From NCBI GenBank assembly GCA_963754315.1, contig CAVWFS010000018.1, positions 128,001-192,000 of the forward strand: DNA of 64,000 nucleotides, read 5' to 3'. Below the pieces are notes generated by a model, which had not been told where the DNA came from, made no database searches, and was given only the letters and a program-made list of their open reading frames with translations. A program made the translations under genes and the position numbers. Below are positions 58,360 through 64,000 of this stretch, piece after piece; position 1 is the stretch's first letter; every line of letters starts with the position of its first letter. Origin of the DNA: an uncultured Candidatus Rokubacteria bacterium. GTDB taxonomy: Bacteria; Methylomirabilota; Methylomirabilia; Rokubacteriales; CSP1-6.

Positions 58360-59049
58360 CGGCGTCGCCGGCGGGGATTCAGGGAGCCGGAGAGGAGACG
58401 TCTCCGAGTCTGAATCCGGGCGCCACAGCTCTGGGTGTCGTCTGAACACTCGGAGGGGGTACCAGAACGACCAGCTCATGAGGGCAAGCGTCAGTGGAAT
58501 GCCCGTGAGCACGCTGACGAGGATGAACAGTTCGACGCTGCTCCACGCCAGGACCAGTAGTCTGACGATACCCCGGACCAGCATGTAGCCGCCCCAGACA
58601 AGGGACACTCGCGAGAAGATCCGACGGAACGTCACCGACTCTTTCACGCGCGGCGGGAACGGGAAGGTCTCCTGAGCGAGGACTCCCGCCAGCGGTCGCC
58701 CGAGGGCGACCGACCCGAGGAAAGCGACTCCGTACAGCCCGTTGGCGATCACGGCCGGCGCGAAGTAGGCGCCGACGCTGCCGGACGCCAGTCCCGCCAG
58801 GGCCTGGACGAGGGCGATGCCGAGGCCGAGGGCAGGCATGATACCTGACGCCGCACGTCGCCGCTCCCACCAGAATGCCACGAGGGCGACGAGGGTCGCG
58901 GCTAGGATTCCGGCGGCGAGACCTGCGAACCTCCAGACGATGTAGAAGGCGAGCACGGGGCCAAGAGCATCGCGGGCGAAGCGCGGCCCGGCACCAAGAA
59001 GCAGCCCGCCGAACGAGATGCGTCCGAACGCCTGAGGTGGACTAGCCAT
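58342..59049 (-). CDS. Membrane protein (DUF3159/VC0807-like)
   Basis: About six TM helices; SVALGRPL and FRRIFSRVSLVWG pattern. Confidence 0.6.
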   Translation of the reverse strand: MASPPQAFGRISFGGLLLGAGPRFARDALGPVLAFYIVWRFAGLAAGILAATLVALVAFWWERRRAASGIMPALGLGIALVQALAGLASGSVGAYFAPAVIANGLYGVAFLGSVALGRPLAGVLAQETFPFPPRVKESVTFRRIFSRVSLVWGGYMLVRGIVRLLVLAWSSVELFILVSVLTGIPLTLALMSWSFWYPLRVFRRHPELWRPDSDSETSPLRLPESPPATPSERER

Positions 59050-59096
59050 GCTTCAGTCTCTCGCGAGACCGCGCTCGCGACTCCAGGATTTACCGC

Positions 59097-60284
59097 TCAC
59101 GCGTCGGGCCGCTGCCCCGTGATTCCCCAGATCAGACGCTCGAAGGGATCGGGATCGGTGAGCCGAAAGTCGACCCAGGTCATGGCACGGAGGAAAACAG
59201 GCAGCTTGGGGGTGGCCGGGGCGTCGGGCAGGAGCACGGGGATCACAGGGCTGTGGCGGGCCACGAACTCGCGAAGAAACGCATTGAGCTCCTGTTCTTG
59301 CCAGGGACCCACGCCGGCACCGCCCACGAAGACCGCCGCCGACTTGATGCTCGCGATGTGTTGCTCGAGGAGCGGCTGCCAGGGTTGTCCAGGGGGCAGC
59401 TCCCATTCATCCAGCCAGGGGAGAATCCCTCGCTCGTGCAGCCGATGAGCGATGGTCTTCACGGCTGGTTTGTCCATTCCGTTGTGACAGAGGAAGACGT
59501 CGAAGGTGCCGGCTGCTCGCTTGCGTTCCAGTTCCAGTCGGCAACGGGTGGCCTCCGCCTCCACGGCCAGCTCCGCGGGAGAGGGCGGAGCTACCGCTGG
59601 CGTCTGGGGCACGGCGGCAGCGGCGACCGCCGCCGGCGCCTGGTCGACGGAGAAGAGCCGACCGTCAGAAGAGTCCGCGTGCAGCGCGACTTCAATCGAG
59701 GCCCCCACGTTCTCGACGGGTGAGGGACTCTGCACGCTGGCCAGGATCTCCGCCACGCGCGATCCGACGGCGAGCCCCGCATAGAGCGCGTGGACGAGCG
59801 CGGTGGTTGCGGCCTCCGTCAGCGATTTCCGTGTCGCCACCACGACGGGAATCCCCTGCTCCGTCAAGGTGCGCGCCGCTCCTGCAAACGGATCGCCGTC
59901 CGCGCACGCCTGCAACATCACCAGACGCAGCGAGCCATGGGGTTGCAAGAGCGTGCCGAGGTACTGCACGTTCACCGAGCGGGCCCGCCGCCCCGCCCCT
60001 TCGAGCAGCAGGGTCGTGTACTGGGCTCCCGCCCGGGAACGGGCGTGCCCGATGAAGTGCAGGACATGGTATGGCCCGGCGGCGAGACGCTTACGAAGGG
60101 CAGCTTCGGTCGGCTCGGAGAGGCGCTCGAGCTTCACGAGCCCGGCGCGCTCGCAGGGCGCCAGCGCGCCCGCGAGAACCTGCCACGCACGCTCGGTATC
60201 GAGGGTGGGGCCGTCGACCGGTCCGGCGATCATGACGAGCACACGGAGCGGTGGTACCGCCGGACGGACCTCAGTCGATGACAT
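59097..60284 (-). CDS. CHAT (caspase-like) domain - TIR domain fusion protein
   Basis: AGGAG RBS; PLRVLVM, HVLHFIGH and LVMLQAC (His/Cys dyad); Ala/Pro linker; TIR FDVFLCHN..DK...PWLDEW...GPWQEQE...VIPVLLP...TWVDFR. Confidence 0.85.
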   Translation of the reverse strand: MSSTEVRPAVPPLRVLVMIAGPVDGPTLDTERAWQVLAGALAPCERAGLVKLERLSEPTEAALRKRLAAGPYHVLHFIGHARSRAGAQYTTLLLEGAGRRARSVNVQYLGTLLQPHGSLRLVMLQACADGDPFAGAARTLTEQGIPVVVATRKSLTEAATTALVHALYAGLAVGSRVAEILASVQSPSPVENVGASIEVALHADSSDGRLFSVDQAPAAVAAAAVPQTPAVAPPSPAELAVEAEATRCRLELERKRAAGTFDVFLCHNGMDKPAVKTIAHRLHERGILPWLDEWELPPGQPWQPLLEQHIASIKSAAVFVGGAGVGPWQEQELNAFLREFVARHSPVIPVLLPDAPATPKLPVFLRAMTWVDFRLTDPDPFERLIWGITGQRPDA

Positions 60285-60296
60285 GCTCCTGGCTGG

Positions 60297-61250
60297 TTAC
60301 CGATCGACCGGCGCCGCGCGCTGCTTGACCCCGCAGCCGGGGCAGAACAGCTCTGCGCCGGTCAGGGCGCACCCGCACTGCGTACAGAAGCGCGCCCCCA
60401 CTCCGGGGGCCGGGGCGGGTGCAACATGGCGCATCGTCCGCACTCGTTCGTATTCCCCGCCGTCGATCCATTGCAGTAGCTCGTGCGCCCGCATCACGGT
60501 CCAGGGATGAGTCTGCCCCAGCCCGCTCAGAAGCTTGGCCGCCCAGTCGATCCAGGTGTCGTCGAGGGCCTCGAACTGACGCGCTTGCGCGATGAAGTCT
60601 TCCGTGTTGATGGCGCTGTAGAAGCGCTGGGGGAGTCCGGCCAGCTTCATCATGGCGCTGATGGCCGCCGAGACGTCTTGGCCGCCGAGCAATCCGGCTC
60701 GATCGGCGGTCAGCTCGGACATTTGCTGCCATTTGAGGATAGCCAACTGCAGCGGCGTCCAGAGCAAATTGCCGATGCCGAACGTCGCCTGCCCGATCAC
60801 CTCGCCGATCACGGGCAAGAAGGCGGCGATCTGGTAGTAGAGGACGTGACCGCTCTTGATATGACCGAGCTCGTGGGCGATGACGAAGTCGAGCTCGGCT
60901 GGCGTGAGGGCGTCGACGGCCGACGTGGTGAGCACCAGGATCGGGTGCTCGACCCCGGCCGTCATAGCGTTGATCTCTCCTGGTTGGATGTAGATCTCCG
61001 GAATCCTCGGCAGGTCGAGAATCTCGCCGGCCTCCAGCACTTTGCCGTGAATGTCGGGGAAGTTGTCACTGGTGACCCGCAGGTAGCTTCCCGTGTACTG
61101 CACGCGCATCAGCCGCTCGAGGCCGTACTCGTTGCACGCCCGAACCAGGCTGTCCAACCCGGTCGTGCCCTGCAGGGCGTCGAGCGCTTGTTGATCCGAC
61201 GGGTGCTCGTAGGTCTGGGGTCGAAGCCCGGCCAGCTTCTGGCGCTCCAT
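60297..61250 (-). CDS. M48-family metallopeptidase with a C-terminal zinc ribbon
   Basis: YEHPSD, INAMTAG, IAHELGH, ELTADRAG, THP; CTQC...CPGC. Confidence 0.9.
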   Translation of the reverse strand: MERQKLAGLRPQTYEHPSDQQALDALQGTTGLDSLVRACNEYGLERLMRVQYTGSYLRVTSDNFPDIHGKVLEAGEILDLPRIPEIYIQPGEINAMTAGVEHPILVLTTSAVDALTPAELDFVIAHELGHIKSGHVLYYQIAAFLPVIGEVIGQATFGIGNLLWTPLQLAILKWQQMSELTADRAGLLGGQDVSAAISAMMKLAGLPQRFYSAINTEDFIAQARQFEALDDTWIDWAAKLLSGLGQTHPWTVMRAHELLQWIDGGEYERVRTMRHVAPAPAPGVGARFCTQCGCALTGAELFCPGCGVKQRAAPVDR

Positions 61251-61258
61251 GGCGGGGG

Positions 61259-61636
61259 CTACCAGAGTGGTGACTTGCCGCTGGCGACCTTGTACGCGTC
61301 GAGTGCAGACCAGATCGCCACGGCAAGATAGACCAGCCCATACGTGAAGACGCCCCCCACGATGGCCACCGCCAGCATCACCAGTCCTTTCTTGACGTCG
61401 CCATTGTAGAACTGCCCGACACCGGCGAGCACGAGCGAGAGCACCACGGCGATGGTCGGGTTCTTTCCTGCGGCGTACCGCTTGCCACCCGCGGCAGTGG
61501 GAACACCCCCGCCCCGCATCCGCGGATCGGGGGCCGAGGGAGCCGCCACCGGCGGCGGCGCGGCGGTGGCAGTGCCACACTTCTGGCAGAACTTGGCCGT
61601 CTCGTCGTTCTGGGTGCCGCAGCGTGGGCAGAACAT
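61259..61636 (-). CDS. Zinc-ribbon plus TM2-like membrane protein
   Basis: GGAGG RBS; MFCPRCG...FCQKCG; KNPTIAVVLS..AGVGQFYNG...KG. Confidence 0.8.
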   Translation of the reverse strand: MFCPRCGTQNDETAKFCQKCGTATAAPPPVAAPSAPDPRMRGGGVPTAAGGKRYAAGKNPTIAVVLSLVLAGVGQFYNGDVKKGLVMLAVAIVGGVFTYGLVYLAVAIWSALDAYKVASGKSPLW

Positions 61637-61782
61637 CAGCTGCACCTCCGGTCTCGGTCGACGCTTAGAGCCCTTAGGGCGGGGCGCGTGACCCCGGCCG
61701 GGGATGAAGATAGCACCTGGCGGGGCCGGATCGAAACGAGGATTTGCCGTGCTATCGTGACCAAGACGGGAGGTCGCCGAGG

Positions 61783-63117
61783 ATGAGCGAGTCGCTGCCC
61801 TTTCACCTGCGTGGCAACTACGCGCCTGTTCGGCAGGAGGTCAGCGCCTTCGATCTCCCGATGGAGGGCACCCTCCCTCGTACGCTACGGGGGCGATATG
61901 TACGCAACGGCCCCAACCCGAAGACGGGCTTTTCCCCCCACTGGTTCGTGGGGGACGGCATGCTGCACGGAGTGGAGTTGCGCGACGGCCGCGCCGTCTG
62001 GTACCGGAATCGCTGGGTCCGCACGCGCGCCCTCGTCGAGGATGCGCCCGCCCATGGCCCTACGGGCGAGCGCGATCGAACGGTAGGTCGGGCCAACACC
62101 CACGTGATCAGCCACGCCGGGCGCATCTTCGCGCTGGTGGAGTCGTCGTTTCCGACCGCGGTCACTCCCGAGCTAGACACGCTTGGCCCCTTCGACTTCG
62201 AGGGGCGTCTCACCACGGCCATGACAGCCCACCCCAAGCTCTGTCCTCGGACGGGTGAGCTGCACTTCTTCGGTTATGCCTACCTGCCACCCTTCCTGAC
62301 GTATCACCGCGCGGACGCGAGTGGTCGGCTCGTCCAGAGCGAGGTCATCGAGGTGCCGGGCCCGACGATGATCCACGACTTTGCCATCACCGAGGGGTAC
62401 GTGGTGTTCATGGACCTGCCCGTGATCTTCGATCTCGCCCTGGCCCAGGCGGGCACCATGCCGTATCGGTGGAGCGACGACTACGGGGCGCGCCTGGGCA
62501 TCATGCCGCGTGGGGGGACGAGCGCCCGCGTGCGCTGGTTCGAGATCGAGCCCTGCTACGTTTTCCATCCCCTGAACGCTTTCGAGGAGGCAGGGCATCT
62601 CATAGTCGACGTCGTCCGGTATCCGGAGTTGTGGCGGCAGGGTGCTGCGACGTTTGCTCAGGCGAGCTTGCATCGCTGGCGTCTCGACCTCGCGGCCGGC
62701 GGGGTGCGCGAGCAGATGCTGGATGACCGCGCCATCGAATTTCCGCGCTGCGACGACCGTCGGATCGGCCTCGCGAATCGCTACGGCTACGCCGTCTACA
62801 CCGAGCGCGGAGCAGACGAGAACACCGGGACCTCACTCGTCAAGTATGACCTCCAAGCGGGGCCCTCCGAGATTCACGACTTCGGAGCGGGCCGCGTCCC
62901 CGCCGAGGGCGTCTTCGTCCCCGCCTCGGCGGGAGCCGCCGAGGACGACGGCTGGGTGATGACGTACGTCTACGATGCTGCCCGCGACGGCAGTGACCTC
63001 GTCATTCTCGATGCCTCGGACTTCGCGGGGAAACCGGCGGCGACCATCAGGTTGCCTCAGCGTGTGCCGTTCGGCTTTCACGGAAGCTGGATACCTGACC
63101 CCGCTGACGCTGACTGA
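61783..63117 (+). CDS. Carotenoid oxygenase (CCD/lignostilbene dioxygenase) family
   Basis: GNYAPV, RNGPNP, GDGMLH; four Fe-binding His in TAHPK, MIHDF, VFHP, GFHG. Confidence 0.92.
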   Translation: MSESLPFHLRGNYAPVRQEVSAFDLPMEGTLPRTLRGRYVRNGPNPKTGFSPHWFVGDGMLHGVELRDGRAVWYRNRWVRTRALVEDAPAHGPTGERDRTVGRANTHVISHAGRIFALVESSFPTAVTPELDTLGPFDFEGRLTTAMTAHPKLCPRTGELHFFGYAYLPPFLTYHRADASGRLVQSEVIEVPGPTMIHDFAITEGYVVFMDLPVIFDLALAQAGTMPYRWSDDYGARLGIMPRGGTSARVRWFEIEPCYVFHPLNAFEEAGHLIVDVVRYPELWRQGAATFAQASLHRWRLDLAAGGVREQMLDDRAIEFPRCDDRRIGLANRYGYAVYTERGADENTGTSLVKYDLQAGPSEIHDFGAGRVPAEGVFVPASAGAAEDDGWVMTYVYDAARDGSDLVILDASDFAGKPAATIRLPQRVPFGFHGSWIPDPADAD

Positions 63118-63167
63118 AGAGATGATACGAACGCCCGCGAGGGCCCTGGCTCGTTAGGCGCCCCTCC

Positions 63168-64000
63168 TCAAGCCCGGCGCTTCGTCCGGCCCGGTGGCTG
63201 GCCTCGCCCTCGAACGTGCCGTCCGCGCGCTCGTCGGCTGGTCTTCGTTCGTGCGTCCTGGCCGTGTCCCCCGAGCTTGGTCCAGATCGCTCGAAGGGCA
63301 TTGCAGGCGGCGGCACCTTCATTGCCCCCGAGCTTCCGGAGCAGGTCGGCCGTGGCTTTGAGCTGGCTCAGGGTCGAGTCCAGCTCGCGGACACTCGGGG
63401 GGGTGCTCCGCCGGACGGCCTCGTACTCTTGCACGAGCGAGGCCACGGTGTCCGACGCGGCTAGGGTGCCATCGAGCAGCGCACGAAGAACGGCAACGTC
63501 GGCCGGCCCCACCGCATCCCAGAAGCTTCGCGTGACGGTGAAACGCGCGGCCGCGCCGGCCTCCATCCGGGCCAGCCAGACATCGGCCGCAGGCACGCGC
63601 CCTCCGAGCAACGCCTCGCCAGTGATCCAGTTCAGGACCGTGTAGTGGTCGGTAGTGTTCGTTCTGCGAGTCGCCTGTACGGCCTTGCGGTAGCAGTCAC
63701 GCGAGGCCGTAAGGGCGGCCCGGACCTCGGCCGGGTCGGTGAGGACAAGGGCGAGTCGCTTGTGGGCACTTCCAAGCAGAGCCAGACGTTCGCTGGTCTC
63801 GCCGATCTTGAGCAGGAGCCCGAGCCGGCCGATCGCGTGGTCGATGGGTGCTCGCGCTCCGGTCTTCTCCCCCCAGCGGGCTTCCAGGTTGGCCCACTGC
63901 TCGACCTGGCGCACGCTCACCCGAGCTGTGCCGCTGGGAGCAGCGAGGGCACGCTGATAGTGCCAGGTCGCTTGATCGAAGTCACCGAGCTCGCCGTAGG
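63168..64000 (-). CDS. C-terminal part of a large TPR-like helical protein (5' end outside the window)
   Basis: Frame is open to the window edge (YGELGDFDQATWHYQRAL...); ERLALLGSAHKRLA and Y..LN, FWD motifs. Confidence 0.65.
   Translation of the reverse strand, partial: YGELGDFDQATWHYQRALAAPSGTARVSVRQVEQWANLEARWGEKTGARAPIDHAIGRLGLLLKIGETSERLALLGSAHKRLALVLTDPAEVRAALTASRDCYRKAVQATRRTNTTDHYTVLNWITGEALLGGRVPAADVWLARMEAGAAARFTVTRSFWDAVGPADVAVLRALLDGTLAASDTVASLVQEYEAVRRSTPPSVRELDSTLSQLKATADLLRKLGGNEGAAACNALRAIWTKLGGHGQDARTKTSRRARGRHVRGRGQPPGRTKRRA

Noticed and set aside
1..64000. tRNA, rRNA, IS elements, integrases, prophage genes
   Set aside because: None recognised by eye; intergenic spaces are short and no transposase or phage motifs appear in the ORF track

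Overview
A 64-kb, GC-rich, gene-dense bacterial chromosome segment with about 63 protein-coding genes. I found no rRNA, tRNA, CRISPR array, integrase or transposase. Most genes are catabolic or redox enzymes: LLM monooxygenases, acyl-CoA dehydrogenases, a class III CoA-transferase, a thiolase/DUF35 pair, a Rieske oxygenase, a P450, a carotenoid oxygenase and several alpha/beta hydrolases. There is also a Liv-type ABC importer. The gene mix and intergenic hairpin repeats suggest a soil organism such as Ca. Rokubacteria/Methylomirabilota; this is inference only. Most notable: (1) a UbiD resembling the phthaloyl-CoA decarboxylase clade, followed by an AMP-forming CoA ligase and an ABC importer; (2) a compact zinc-ribbon/TM, M48 protease, CHAT(caspase-like)-TIR operon, a candidate undescribed signalling or defence system; (3) an actinobacterial-type mscR plus MBL hydrolase pair; (4) a DUF6582-like/nucleotidyl cyclase fusion; (5) a ClpP paralog missing its whole catalytic triad; (6) a toxin-less HicB-like gene coupled into an oxygenase operon; (7) short leader ORFs and apparently leaderless genes; (8) three single-base frameshifts that may be sequencing errors. 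All family assignments come from motif recognition by eye, not database searches.
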